This document shows positions 40,497-50,878 of a stretch of DNA of 64,000 nucleotides, piece after piece. Position 1 is the stretch's first letter; each line of letters starts with the position of its first letter. The notes under the pieces were generated by a model. It saw only the letters and a program-made list of their open reading frames with translations. It did no database searches and was not told where the DNA came from. The position numbers and the translations under genes are program-made. The stretch comes from an uncultured Muribaculaceae bacterium (GTDB lineage: Bacteria > Pseudomonadota > Alphaproteobacteria > Rs-D84), in NCBI GenBank assembly GCA_965231035.1, contig OZ246409.1, positions 338,075 through 402,074 of the forward strand, read 5' to 3'.

Positions 40497-42137
40497 TTAA
40501 TTCAATGGTGCACCCCAATTTTGTTGAATTTTGTGTTCAACATCCATCGGGCTTACCAGAACTTGTGGTGTCAAGATAACAACCAAAACATCGCGTTGAC
40601 TTTCTGTTTCACGAGAACCCGACAACGCCATAAAGTTTGGATCTCCGATACCATATCTGGTGTCATTATTGGTCTGCTTTTCAAATCCGCTTAATACCAA
40701 CATCTGACCAGATTCCATTATAACTTCCTGCATAAAGCTGCGTTCTTCAACTTCTGGCAATTGCAAAGTTACTTCGCCGATTGTCTGGGTTGACATCTTG
40801 ATTAATTCACGAACAGACATTTTGAACAACAATAAGATTTTTCCGTTTTCCAAAACATTTGGTAACAGCTGCATTGAAAATCCTGTTTCCAAATCATCTT
40901 GATCAACAGTGCTGGATTCAACAGTCGTAAAGTTACGTGATTCAAAACGTTTAATATATCCAGTTGTCTTTGTATTGCTTACTGGGGCAACACGGTTGCT
41001 GCGGGTTGTCACACCAACGTTTGTGACCAATGATACTTTACCCTGTTTTGCCAAAGCGCTTATCAAAGCATTACTTCCTGCGGCACCAGCCAATGCACCA
41101 TTTTTAATTTGGTCAGCTGTGTATGCACCAGCAGTTTCTGTTCCACTAACATCATGCGTAGCACCTGTCAAAGAAGAAACCGTATTAGACAAAACCGCAA
41201 TATTCATAGAACTTGCTTCTGTTGTAGATAAATTATTCTTTGGGTTCGCAACAATGTTTAATCCCGAAGCAGAATTTATAGCAGCAGCCAGATTCAACCC
41301 AAATGCAGAATTATTTGCAATTGAAACTTGCAGAACTTTGACATCAATTGTTACCAACTGAGACAAACGTTTATTCTGTTTAGCTATATAGTCACCAACT
41401 CTGTTTTGAACCGATGGAGGTGCAGTAACAGTAATAGTTCCTAAACTTTTTGCTACTGTAAAGTTAGCATTGTCAGTTTTTCCAACAATAGAAGATATTG
41501 TTTTTTCTACTTCATCCCATTCTTTCATATTTGATTGCAACTCGACCTGATTACCATCATCTGTTTTAATAGAAGATTGATAAGAAACATCTGTTCCCAA
41601 AGCATATAATGTAAATGTTTTTGTTTCTGTTTCATAGAAAACAATCGAATCGTTTTCATAATACCAGAGCAAATCTAAATCTGTTGCAACCTGAGATAAC
41701 AAGCCAGAAAGCTTTCCTGTATAAGCAATATTAACTGTCTTTTTTAATTTGTCAGGATTAATTTGACTATCTATTTTTACAGGTATCCCTGTTACAGAAT
41801 TAATATTGTTTGCCAATACCTGTAAAGATACAGGTTCATTCATCATTATTGTTACACCAGTATCTGTTTCAAATTTCGAAGGCAAATTATTTCTGTGTTC
41901 CAAAACATTTGATTTATCACCCAACCATACACCTTCGGACATTGAAACGGTGTCACCACTGTCAACCTTGGCGCGTGGATTTTTTGCCATTTCAAATGCG
42001 TCATAAGCATTTACAAAATTCTGATCAACTTCTGCAGCGACTTGTTTTGATTCTTTTGCAGCACATCCCAACAACAAAGGTGCCAGAAAAAACACAAAAA
42101 GAAAAACCCGCCCAAAAGTCATAGATGTTTTTTTCAT
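40497..42137 (-). CDS. lipoprotein secretin (TcpC/BfpB/PilN-like type IVb pilus or related secretin)
   Basis: Lipobox LLLGC. C-terminal secretin domain ending ...VLVVILTPQVL. Confidence 0.65.
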   Translation of the reverse strand: MKKTSMTFGRVFLFVFFLAPLLLGCAAKESKQVAAEVDQNFVNAYDAFEMAKNPRAKVDSGDTVSMSEGVWLGDKSNVLEHRNNLPSKFETDTGVTIMMNEPVSLQVLANNINSVTGIPVKIDSQINPDKLKKTVNIAYTGKLSGLLSQVATDLDLLWYYENDSIVFYETETKTFTLYALGTDVSYQSSIKTDDGNQVELQSNMKEWDEVEKTISSIVGKTDNANFTVAKSLGTITVTAPPSVQNRVGDYIAKQNKRLSQLVTIDVKVLQVSIANNSAFGLNLAAAINSASGLNIVANPKNNLSTTEASSMNIAVLSNTVSSLTGATHDVSGTETAGAYTADQIKNGALAGAAGSNALISALAKQGKVSLVTNVGVTTRSNRVAPVSNTKTTGYIKRFESRNFTTVESSTVDQDDLETGFSMQLLPNVLENGKILLLFKMSVRELIKMSTQTIGEVTLQLPEVEERSFMQEVIMESGQMLVLSGFEKQTNNDTRYGIGDPNFMALSGSRETESQRDVLVVILTPQVLVSPMDVEHKIQQNWGAPLN

Positions 42138-42173
42138 ATTTAAATCCTCTCCTGAATCTTTTTGTATTCTTAA

Positions 42174-43055
42174 TTATTCTTCTATTGTTGAAACTACCAG
42201 CACACGATTTCCCTTATAGAATTTTGCATAAGGAATTGGATTTGCACGGCTGAAATTACGAACCAATGCGGATGCTACATCAACAAAACGACCTTTGAAA
42301 ACTGCACTTGCTTCGACTGGATATTCCCTAGATGTTGCCCAAACAAAATCCCAACCTTCTTTGTTGCACCAATCTTGTAAAACATCATGCAAAGTTTGGC
42401 CACTGGCAACAACCCAACTACGAACCTGGTCATGAACACCTTTTGGTGCTTCGGCATCGGCCGATTGATCAACCGCAATTTCATCTGTGTTAGATGCTTT
42501 ACTTTCTTCTGTTTTATCAACAGAACCAGAAGCCAGAGTTAAATTATTCTTGCCACATTTTTTATGTGCATTACGTGACATTGCTAAAACTGCACCACCA
42601 TCATCTTCCAGCATTTCACGATGCATCAAAGGCATATCTGCCTGGGTATTGCATTCATCGTCAAAACCTGCTGGAACTTGGGATCCGTGCAACATATTCG
42701 CACCGCCAGACCAGCTGGATGAATCACCACCACGACCACCCATCATAATATTATTTTCAACAACTAAGTCTGAACCAATCTTGGAAACAATTTTAATATT
42801 ATCTGACTTTGCACCACCAACACAGTCTGCGGTTTTTGGATCACAAGAAACACTTACGTCTGCATCAGAACCAACAATTGGCCAGGCTGGAACTTCTACA
42901 ATTTGCTTTTGTTCCGATACTTGATTTACCGGTTCAACTGGCTCGCTTGCCTTGTAAGTAACTTCCGAAGTTACAATTTGTGGGATATTTTCTGCTGCAA
43001 AGCAATAAGTAGAAGCGGTTGCAAACAAAGCTGTTATCAAAATCTTACGGAACAT
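42174..43055 (-). CDS. TcpQ/PilL-like secretin-associated periplasmic protein
   Basis: Signal peptide. C-terminal pattern (W..EGWDFVW...FKGRF...A...L...NPIPY.K.Y.GNRVLVV) fits the TcpQ family. Directly upstream of the secretin. Confidence 0.45.
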   Translation of the reverse strand: MFRKILITALFATASTYCFAAENIPQIVTSEVTYKASEPVEPVNQVSEQKQIVEVPAWPIVGSDADVSVSCDPKTADCVGGAKSDNIKIVSKIGSDLVVENNIMMGGRGGDSSSWSGGANMLHGSQVPAGFDDECNTQADMPLMHREMLEDDGGAVLAMSRNAHKKCGKNNLTLASGSVDKTEESKASNTDEIAVDQSADAEAPKGVHDQVRSWVVASGQTLHDVLQDWCNKEGWDFVWATSREYPVEASAVFKGRFVDVASALVRNFSRANPIPYAKFYKGNRVLVVSTIEE

Positions 43056-43192
43056 GAAAGCTTCCTTTCCTAAAAGTTTCATTTTTTTATAGACTTATTA
43101 TAACAAGTTGCTTGAATCGGCGCAAGGATTAAAAAATCGCACGAATCGAGAAAAAGTGTTATAGTAGAACTGTAATTTTTCAGGAGTGACTT

Positions 43193-43738
43193 ATGAACAG
43201 TCTTTTTGGGTCTTTTTCTTTTATATCAGAAATTTTTCTAGTATTGGGTGTTATTACTATCCTTATTTTAGTTTTTACTATGAATTCCAAGATTAATAAT
43301 TTAATCAAAGCCATGTCACATCAATATAATTTGATGATTAAAATGCAATCCATTTTGAAAAGCAAGCATGCAACAAATATTGTCGCTGAAAATGCGGAAA
43401 TGATTTACCAAGATTTATTGCAAAACCTTATTCCAGTTATGGCAGCTGTCGATATAATGCCCAGAAATACTGCTGAACACCCACTTTGGCGTGCTTTGGG
43501 GGGAATAATGGACGAATATGCAAAAAACCCTTTTGCACTTGAAAAATTACGCCGCGCTATTAAATTAGATTCAGAAATTGCACGTAACATTGATAATTAT
43601 CTGAATCGTGCAGATGGATTTTTACGCCACCTGACAATGACTGAACCAGATGGAATTTTGGCCTCGACATTTACAAATGGTTTACTGGGGCAATCTATGA
43701 CCTTTTTTACCCAGGCAAAACAGTTGGCTGCCGAGTAA
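43193..43738 (+). CDS. hypothetical membrane-anchored protein
   Basis: N-terminal TM; 181 aa. Confidence 0.35.
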   Translation: MNSLFGSFSFISEIFLVLGVITILILVFTMNSKINNLIKAMSHQYNLMIKMQSILKSKHATNIVAENAEMIYQDLLQNLIPVMAAVDIMPRNTAEHPLWRALGGIMDEYAKNPFALEKLRRAIKLDSEIARNIDNYLNRADGFLRHLTMTEPDGILASTFTNGLLGQSMTFFTQAKQLAAE

Positions 43739-43751
43739 TAATAAATAAAAA

Positions 43752-45080
43752 ATGAAAGAACTTTCAAGGGATCTTGTAAAGGAAATATCCCAAAAGCGTC
43801 ATGAACCAGAATGGTTGTTGGATTGGCGCTTGACTGCTTTTGATGCATGGATCAAGATGACCGAACCACACTGGGCAGAAATAAAATACGACCCAATTGA
43901 TTATAACTCTCTTAATTATTACAACGAACCAAAACCGGTTGATAATTCTGATTTGAAATCTGTTTATGAAAATATGGGTCTGCCAGAATCCGAGCAAAAG
44001 GCTTTGTTGGGTATGGCAACAGATACAGTTATTGACAGTCGGTCTGTTCACACTTCTTATTCCGAAGATTTAGAAAAACTTGGAATAATATTTTTACCTT
44101 TTTCCGAAGCAGTTGAAAAACATCCCGAACTGGTCAAAAAATATCTGGGATCTGTTGTTCCACCAAACGACAACTTTTTTGCAGCATTGAACGCCGCAGT
44201 ATTTTCAGATGGTACTTTTGTTTATATTCCAAAAAACACAAAATGTCCAATTGACCTGGCCAGCTATTTCAGAATTGAAACCGCAAAAATTGGCCAATTT
44301 GAAAGAACTTTGATTGTTGCTGATACTGGATCCGAAGTTTCTTATTTGGAGGGTTGCAGCGCCCCACGTCGCCCAAACCATCAATTACACAGTGGTGTAG
44401 TCGAAGTTGTCGCATTGGATAACTCGACAGTAAAATATGCAACGGTTCAAAATTGGTTTGCAGGCGAATATAAGAAAAATAAAAATCAAGGTGGAATCTT
44501 AAATTTCGTAACAAAACGTGGAAAATGTTTTAACGGTGCACGTCTGGATTGGACCCAGGTTGAAATAGGATCTGCGATGACATGGAAATACCCATCTACT
44601 ATATTGATGGGTGATAATTCTTCCAGTGATTTTTATTCTTTAACAATTACGCGTGGTGCACAACAGGCAGACACCGGAACAAAAATGATTCATTTGGGAA
44701 ACAACACAAAATCAAATATTGTTTCATACGGTGTTGCATTGGAAGATTCTGTGCAGACTTTCCGCAGCTTGGTTCATTTTTCTGGCATTGGTGGCAAGAA
44801 CGCATGTAAGTGTGACAGCAGAATTATAGGTAACAGTGCAGTTGCAAATACAATTCCCAGAATTGTTCATAATAATTGCGAAAACGAACAAAGCCACGAA
44901 GCAACCACTGGTGCGATTGATGCGGCCTCCCTGCTTTATTTGACCCAAGGTGGAATAGAAGAAGACGAAGCAACTGCACTTATAATCAGTGGATTGGCAA
45001 ACCCGATTATTTCACGCCTGCCAATGGAGTTTTTGGTAGAATCAAAACAACTTATAAAAATGGCATTATCAAAAGAGTAA
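43752..45080 (+). CDS. sufB: Fe-S cluster assembly protein SufB
   Basis: 442 aa with SufB/SufD beta-helix core. Confidence 0.8.
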   Translation: MKELSRDLVKEISQKRHEPEWLLDWRLTAFDAWIKMTEPHWAEIKYDPIDYNSLNYYNEPKPVDNSDLKSVYENMGLPESEQKALLGMATDTVIDSRSVHTSYSEDLEKLGIIFLPFSEAVEKHPELVKKYLGSVVPPNDNFFAALNAAVFSDGTFVYIPKNTKCPIDLASYFRIETAKIGQFERTLIVADTGSEVSYLEGCSAPRRPNHQLHSGVVEVVALDNSTVKYATVQNWFAGEYKKNKNQGGILNFVTKRGKCFNGARLDWTQVEIGSAMTWKYPSTILMGDNSSSDFYSLTITRGAQQADTGTKMIHLGNNTKSNIVSYGVALEDSVQTFRSLVHFSGIGGKNACKCDSRIIGNSAVANTIPRIVHNNCENEQSHEATTGAIDAASLLYLTQGGIEEDEATALIISGLANPIISRLPMEFLVESKQLIKMALSKE

Positions 45081-45083
45081 GAA

Positions 45084-45761
45084 ATGTTATTAGAAATAAA
45101 AAATTTATCCGTATTATTGGGCGACAAGAAATTGTTAAACAATATTAATATGTCTGTTTCAGACGGTGCCAGACACCTGTTGACTGGTCATAACGGCAGT
45201 GGCAAATCTACACTGGTACAAACAGTTGCTGGGAACCCTGAATATAAAATAGACAATGGAAAAATAATTTTTGACGGTCGTGACATAACAAATGAAAACG
45301 CAACCACACGTGCACTTTTGGGTATATTTTTGGGTGCACAAAATGTTCCCGAAATTCCGGGTCTGACTGTTATGAGCTTTTTGAAACATTCTGCGGCAGC
45401 ACATCGACATTTTCAAACCGGTAAAGAACTTTCCATGGGTGAATTTCTGACAAACTTGGAAACTATGCGGGAAAAATTAGATATTCCAAAAACATGGTTG
45501 AATCGCAGCATAAACGTTGGATTTTCAGGTGGTGAACGTAAAAAGCTAATGTTACTGCGACTGATGATTACAGAACCAAAACTGGCCATATTGGATGAAC
45601 CAGATTCTGGTGCAGATAAATCCGTTCAAAAGCTTATCGTGGACGTAATAAAAGAAATGAAAAAGACAACATTCCTATTTATCAGCCACCAAGATAAATT
45701 CACAGAAATGGTAAATCCATCAGAAACAACTACTTTGTCATCTGGTGAACTTGTGATATAA
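45084..45761 (+). CDS. sufC: Fe-S cluster assembly ATPase SufC
   Basis: Walker A GHNGSGKST; signature VGFSGGERKK; D-loop DEPDSG. Confidence 0.8.
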   Translation: MLLEIKNLSVLLGDKKLLNNINMSVSDGARHLLTGHNGSGKSTLVQTVAGNPEYKIDNGKIIFDGRDITNENATTRALLGIFLGAQNVPEIPGLTVMSFLKHSAAAHRHFQTGKELSMGEFLTNLETMREKLDIPKTWLNRSINVGFSGGERKKLMLLRLMITEPKLAILDEPDSGADKSVQKLIVDVIKEMKKTTFLFISHQDKFTEMVNPSETTTLSSGELVI

Positions 45762-45792
45762 TATAAATGTAAATAAACCAAAGGATTTCAAG

Positions 45793-46731
45793 ATGGTAAA
45801 GAAAATTGTCGACTCAACAAAATCAAAACTGGCATCATGGTTTTTCAAAGAACCTGTTAAATTCGCATTCTTGTCATTTGGATTGATTTTTGGTGTTTCT
45901 GTTATTTACCTTTTAGCACGCGGAATTTTCGGTGCCGGATTTGGAATACCTCCTTTGTTTTTCCTAACACTTGTACTTGTTTCTTTGTTTTTTGCCGCTT
46001 ATAAACTTATTAGTTGGTTGCCAAAAGACAAACTAGACAGACACAGTTTTGTTGCTGTTGATAACGGATTATCAATGATATACTTTATCGTGTTTGTTGG
46101 ATTCACATTATTAATAGCAAACAGCACACAATCTCTTATATTTTATGCAATGTGGTTACAGCATTCTTCTATGGTGTTATTCTTTATCACTGCTATTTTG
46201 GGAATCTTGGGATATCTGTATGTATTTGGTCTGTTGATTGCAAACCTGTACGCCACTTATAACCGCGCAGTAACAATGGGTGTACCAAAATGGAAAGTTC
46301 TTCTTTCTTTGCCTTTTACATTCACTATTTTCTGGGCAACAGGATATTTATTACCAGAAGAAAAAAAATCAACCCCTGTGATAGAAATCAAAACAAAATG
46401 GTATGCCAGATTTACAAATTGGGTTGTCGCAAAGCCTATTAATTCTTTGATTGTATTTCTGTTCACTGCAATATTTTTTGGATTGATGTTTGAATCTTAT
46501 TCTACTGGATTAACAATTTTCCTGACTGCAATATTTGGCATATGGTTATTGTTCCAAGGGGTCAGCAAATTCCGCAAATCTATTGGTGGGGCATTTTCAA
46601 CTTTTGTTGCAGTTTTGAATATTGTTGTTGTTCTTGGAATTATTGGTTATATGACTTTCCAAGTAAGTACACAACCAATTCAAATCCAGCAAGAAACTGT
46701 CCAGGTTACAACAACAAAGCCAACTAAATAG
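45793..46731 (+). CDS. polytopic membrane protein (hypothetical) in the position where sufD is expected
   Basis: 312 aa with about 8 TM helices; no SufD similarity. Confidence 0.4.
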   Translation: MVKKIVDSTKSKLASWFFKEPVKFAFLSFGLIFGVSVIYLLARGIFGAGFGIPPLFFLTLVLVSLFFAAYKLISWLPKDKLDRHSFVAVDNGLSMIYFIVFVGFTLLIANSTQSLIFYAMWLQHSSMVLFFITAILGILGYLYVFGLLIANLYATYNRAVTMGVPKWKVLLSLPFTFTIFWATGYLLPEEKKSTPVIEIKTKWYARFTNWVVAKPINSLIVFLFTAIFFGLMFESYSTGLTIFLTAIFGIWLLFQGVSKFRKSIGGAFSTFVAVLNIVVVLGIIGYMTFQVSTQPIQIQQETVQVTTTKPTK

Positions 46732-46764
46732 TTTTTTGGGAATAATTTTACTAAGGATTAAGAG

Positions 46765-47808
46765 ATGAACGGTCTTGTTTTATTCATTGGTGCTGTGTTT
46801 ATTTTATGGTTGGGTAGAACCATTTTTATACCGATTTTAGTTGCAGCATTCATATGGTATTTAATAAATTCTATTTCAGCATATTACAGAAAGGCCATGC
46901 CATGCAAAAAATTGGACATAAAGAAGACTCCAAAATTTTGTATAGTTTTTGATTGGATTTCAAAAATACTAGCCATTGTAAGTTTTGGCGGTTTAACATA
47001 TTTGTTCATTACACAAATCCGACCTATGTTCTCAGAATTAATTGTCGCACTACCTGAAATCCAGCAAAAATTATTAACCCTGGGCGATTATATCTTTGGA
47101 TTCTTTGGGTTTTCTTTCAACCCAGAAACATTGCCAAATATGTCGAATATAGTAACCAGCCTAAGCTCTTCTGCGGCAAGTTTAGTTACAACACTTGGTA
47201 TGGTTTTGGTTTATATATTCTTTATGTTTGTTGAACAAAGCACATTTGCAAAAAAATTTGATTCTTTGTTTCCAAACAAAACTCAATCTAAAAAAATGCG
47301 TTATATTCTGACCAGCATTGACGAGAATATGAAAAAATATATGTTTATGAAAACATTTATTTCCGCCTTTACTGGAATATTATCTTATTTCTGTCTGCGC
47401 CATATCGGTCTGGAATTTGCAGGTGTTTGGGCGTTTGTGGTTTTCGTTATGAATTATATTCCAACAATTGGTGCAATTGTGGCATGTTCGCTGCCTATTT
47501 TATATTCTTTGATAACTGCAGACACTATGAATTTACCAATCCTGACTGCGGGTGGTTTAATCGGATTACAAATTGTTTTGGGAAACATCTTGGAACCAAA
47601 GCTGACTGGAAAAACATTGAACCTTTCCACATTAGCAATTTTGATAAACTTGGTTTTCTGGGGAATGCTGTGGGGTGTTGGCGGAATGTTCTTCAGCGTA
47701 CCTCTATTAGTGGCAACATTTATTATTACTGCACAATTTGATTCAACCAGATGGATTGCTGTATTGCTTTCTGCAAATGGCGAAATCCCAGATAAACGTG
47801 ATGAATAA
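46765..47808 (+). CDS. AI-2E family transporter (PerM/UPF0118)
   Basis: 347 aa with 7-8 TMs and AI-2E-like conserved C-terminal half. Confidence 0.6.
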   Translation: MNGLVLFIGAVFILWLGRTIFIPILVAAFIWYLINSISAYYRKAMPCKKLDIKKTPKFCIVFDWISKILAIVSFGGLTYLFITQIRPMFSELIVALPEIQQKLLTLGDYIFGFFGFSFNPETLPNMSNIVTSLSSSAASLVTTLGMVLVYIFFMFVEQSTFAKKFDSLFPNKTQSKKMRYILTSIDENMKKYMFMKTFISAFTGILSYFCLRHIGLEFAGVWAFVVFVMNYIPTIGAIVACSLPILYSLITADTMNLPILTAGGLIGLQIVLGNILEPKLTGKTLNLSTLAILINLVFWGMLWGVGGMFFSVPLLVATFIITAQFDSTRWIAVLLSANGEIPDKRDE

Positions 47809-47835
47809 AAAATCCGCAAAAATGCGGATTTTTTA
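47806..47835 (+). terminator. bidirectional intrinsic terminator
   Basis: Hairpin TCCGCAAAAATGCGGA followed by TTTTTT. Confidence 0.6.
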
Positions 47836-48498
47836 TTACTTTGGATTATATCCAAAAATATCACGTTCACCCCAATCCATATCAATCGAGCAACGGGTTG
47901 GTAAAAATTCAAAACATTTTTTTGCCAAATCAAATCTGTTTTTATCACGCAATTCGTCGGTCAGATAATCTTTCAGCATATGCAAATATAAAACATCTGT
48001 GGCGGCATATTTTTGCTGGTTCTTGGTCAATTTTTTGGTCCAGTCTGAACAAGTCTCGGACCCGTCCATTTCAATTTTAAATAACTCACGCAATACATTG
48101 TGAAGTGCATGACTTTTTTTCGGACGTGCCAGCAAGACACCAATTTTTGTGCAAAAAACAGGCATTGTCCACACGCCTAATCTTTTATAAATCATCAGTA
48201 TATCCATTCTGGCATAATGAAATATTTTTGTAATTTTTGGATTAGATAAAACCTTTTTCAAATTTGGGTATTCTTGGTTATCACGAATTTGTACCAGATA
48301 AAAATCATCACTGTCGCGGGCGCGTAACTGCACCAAACATAAATGATCACCCTTGACATCCAATCCAGTCAATTCTGTATCAACGGCCAAATCAGTGGTA
48401 TTAGACAAATCCACAACTTGCGCATCCGACAAATCATTTTGTAAATAAATTATGTTCATTTTATTTTCTTTTTTATTTATTCCTTCTGGCCAGTGCAA
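47836..48498 (-). CDS. 3'-5' exonuclease, RNase D-like DEDDy domain protein (start uncertain)
   Basis: Exo I (DTELTGL) and Exo III (YAATD) motifs. Confidence 0.6.
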   Translation of the reverse strand: MHWPEGINKKENKMNIIYLQNDLSDAQVVDLSNTTDLAVDTELTGLDVKGDHLCLVQLRARDSDDFYLVQIRDNQEYPNLKKVLSNPKITKIFHYARMDILMIYKRLGVWTMPVFCTKIGVLLARPKKSHALHNVLRELFKIEMDGSETCSDWTKKLTKNQQKYAATDVLYLHMLKDYLTDELRDKNRFDLAKKCFEFLPTRCSIDMDWGERDIFGYNPK

Positions 48499-48928
48499 TT
48501 GCGTTTTCCAAAATTATTCTGGCTGATTCAGAATCCAATTTTTGTTTCAGTTTTTTATCGCCACGCAAATTTTCTTCGGCTTCAAAACTGGTTAAATTTT
48601 CTTCTGTGAAAAAAATCGGTAAATTTAATTTATCGGATAAACTTTGTGCGAATTCCCTGACCTGTTTTGTTGTGTCCGATTCAGAACCATCAGATCTGAT
48701 TGGTAACCCAATTACAACTGCAACGATTTTTTCTTCACCTGCTGTCTTTACAATTTTTTCTACCAAAGACTCTTTACCAACCACAATCTGGGGTCTGGTA
48801 AAGATAAATTCTTGTTTTTCGTCCGAAACCGCCAATCCAACCCGACGCGCACCCCAATCAATTCCCAACAGTCGACCTATGCTTGGAAAGTCCTTGAAAT
48901 CTGATGAAATCATTGTATAATTCGTCAT
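48473..48928 (-). CDS. ruvX: putative pre-16S rRNA nuclease / Holliday-junction-resolvase-like YqgF (RuvX)
   Basis: LLGIDWGARRVGLAVSD RNaseH-fold start. The tracked ORF is over-extended upstream across gatC. Confidence 0.75.
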   Translation of the reverse strand: MTNYTMISSDFKDFPSIGRLLGIDWGARRVGLAVSDEKQEFIFTRPQIVVGKESLVEKIVKTAGEEKIVAVVIGLPIRSDGSESDTTKQVREFAQSLSDKLNLPIFFTEENLTSFEAEENLRGDKKLKQKLDSESARIILENAIALARRNK

Positions 48929-48950
48929 ACTTTTAATAATAGGACCAACA

Positions 48951-49244
48951 ATGTCATTTAGCAAGCAACAATTGCAGAAATTTGCCCATCTTATCCGCAT
49001 AGAAATTCCTGATGAAAAACTGGAAGCGATGAAAATTGATTCAGTGATTGAATGGCTGGATAAATTACAAAAAATTGATACCCATGGTGTTGAACCTATG
49101 TTGTCACCGGTTGAACATTCTTTGCCACGCCGCGAAGATGTCGTCACACAGGAAAACATTCGTGATTTGTTGTTAAAGAATGCCCCAGATGACGCTGGCA
49201 AACGCACAGGATACTTTGCCGTTCCAAAAGTTATGGATGAATAA
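48951..49244 (+). CDS. gatC: Glu-tRNA(Gln) amidotransferase subunit C
   Basis: 97 aa; overlaps and precedes gatA. Confidence 0.8.
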   Translation: MSFSKQQLQKFAHLIRIEIPDEKLEAMKIDSVIEWLDKLQKIDTHGVEPMLSPVEHSLPRREDVVTQENIRDLLLKNAPDDAGKRTGYFAVPKVMDE

Positions 49245-49245
49245 A

Positions 49246-50715
49246 ATGAAAAATTTAACTGACCTGACAATTACCGAAGCTTTACATAAATTAAAATCGC
49301 GTGAAATTACTGCGACCGAACTGACACGTGCCTATTTGGACCGAATTGAAAAATTTGGCGACAAATTAAACTGTTATATTACTTTGACACCTGAACGTGC
49401 CTTGGCTGATGCGGCTGAATCTGATAAACGTTATGATGCTGGTAATCCACTGCCACTGGATGGAATTCCAATTGGAATGAAGGATTTATTTGCCACACGT
49501 GGTATTCGTACAACAGCTGCCTCAAAAATATTGGAAAATTTTGTTCCAGAATATGAATCGACTGTTTCACAAAAATTTATTGATGCCGGTACTGTGTTAT
49601 TAGGAAAAACAAATCTGGATGAATTTGCAATGGGTACTTTCAGCAAGACCAGTTTTTTCGGGGCCCCAGTCAGTCCATATCAAATTGAAAATAAATTAAC
49701 CGCCGGTGGATCATCCGGTGGTACAACCAGCGCAGTTGCCGCAGGACTTGCAATTGGTGGAACCGGAACAGATACCGGTGGATCAATTCGTTTTCCTGCT
49801 GCAATCACTGGATTAGTCGGAATGAAACCGACATATGGACTATGTTCACGTTGGGGCTGTGTCGCATTTGCAAGCAGTCTGGACACACCGGGTCCAATCG
49901 CAAGAACTGTTGATGACACAGCATTATTATTGTCAGCAATGGCTGGATATGATGAAAAAGATTCAACATCGGCAAATGCTGGATTTTATGTAAAAGATGA
50001 ATTACCGAAAGGCGGATTAAATAAGTTAAAAATCGGCGTAATCAAAGAATTTGATTCTGTTGAAATATCCGCTGACATGAAAAAATTATTTGATGAACGA
50101 ATTGAAGATTTGAAAAAATCAGGTGCAGAAATTGTATCGGTTTCAATTCCAAACATTTTGGACGCTTTGGCGGCTTATTACATTATTGCCCCGGCCGAGG
50201 CATCATCTAACCTGGCACGATATGACGGTATGCGTTATGGATTGCGGGTTCCCGGCAAAGATTTAATAGATACCTATAAGAAAACCCGTGCGGCTGGATT
50301 TGGCGAAGAAGTCCAACGCCGCATGATTGTTGGTACCGCCGTGCTGTCATCCGAAAGTTACGAGGTTTACTTTATGCAGGCGGCTCGTGTTCGCAGACTG
50401 ATTGCGGACGCATTCAATCGTGCATTTGAACAATGTGACTTGATTGTATGTCCTTCTAGTGCCGGAACTGCCCTGCCTTTGGATTCAGATTTAACACCAT
50501 TGGAATATTATGCTTTGGATTTGTTCACAGTTGCAATGAATCTGGCTGGAATTCCAGCATGCAGTGTTCCATGCGGATTGGCGAAAAATGGTCTGCCATT
50601 GGGAATGCAGGTCGTAGGAAACAAATTTGACGATATGCGCGTATTGCAATTGGCAAAACATATTGAAGAATTTGCAAGTCTAGATAACAGACCAAGCAAG
50701 GTTATGGGAAAATAA
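49246..50715 (+). CDS. gatA: Glu-tRNA(Gln) amidotransferase subunit A
   Basis: Amidase signature GGSSGGTTSAVAAG...GTDTGGSIR. Confidence 0.9.
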   Translation: MKNLTDLTITEALHKLKSREITATELTRAYLDRIEKFGDKLNCYITLTPERALADAAESDKRYDAGNPLPLDGIPIGMKDLFATRGIRTTAASKILENFVPEYESTVSQKFIDAGTVLLGKTNLDEFAMGTFSKTSFFGAPVSPYQIENKLTAGGSSGGTTSAVAAGLAIGGTGTDTGGSIRFPAAITGLVGMKPTYGLCSRWGCVAFASSLDTPGPIARTVDDTALLLSAMAGYDEKDSTSANAGFYVKDELPKGGLNKLKIGVIKEFDSVEISADMKKLFDERIEDLKKSGAEIVSVSIPNILDALAAYYIIAPAEASSNLARYDGMRYGLRVPGKDLIDTYKKTRAAGFGEEVQRRMIVGTAVLSSESYEVYFMQAARVRRLIADAFNRAFEQCDLIVCPSSAGTALPLDSDLTPLEYYALDLFTVAMNLAGIPACSVPCGLAKNGLPLGMQVVGNKFDDMRVLQLAKHIEEFASLDNRPSKVMGK

Positions 50716-50745
50716 AAAAACCGCCAAGGATGGCGATTTAAGGTC

Positions 50746-50821
50746 TGGTGGCTGGGAACGGAATCGAACCGCTGACACAGGGATTTTCAGTCCCTTGCTC
50801 TACCAACTGAGCTACCCAGCC
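50746..50821 (-). tRNA. tRNA-Phe (anticodon GAA)
   Basis: Reverse complement: GGCTGGG acceptor, GTAGCTCAGTTGGTAGAGC D-arm, anticodon loop CTGAAAA, GGTTCGATTCC T-arm, CCA encoded. Confidence 0.9.
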
Positions 50822-50878
50822 GAAAACAGAACGGATTTGATAATAAAGCACAGGATTATAAAAATCAAGGAAAAATGA

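Noticed and set aside
48929-49270. Upstream extension of the minus-strand ORF 48473..49270
   Set aside because: Only the distal part is RuvX/YqgF-like. The extension overlaps gatC on the opposite strand and has low-complexity Ser/Cys-rich translation.
50716-50745. Hairpin CGCCAAGGATGGCG after gatA as a terminator
   Set aside because: The downstream T-run is weak (ATTTA). It may still help terminate before the antisense tRNA-Phe, but confidence is low, so it is not listed as a feature.
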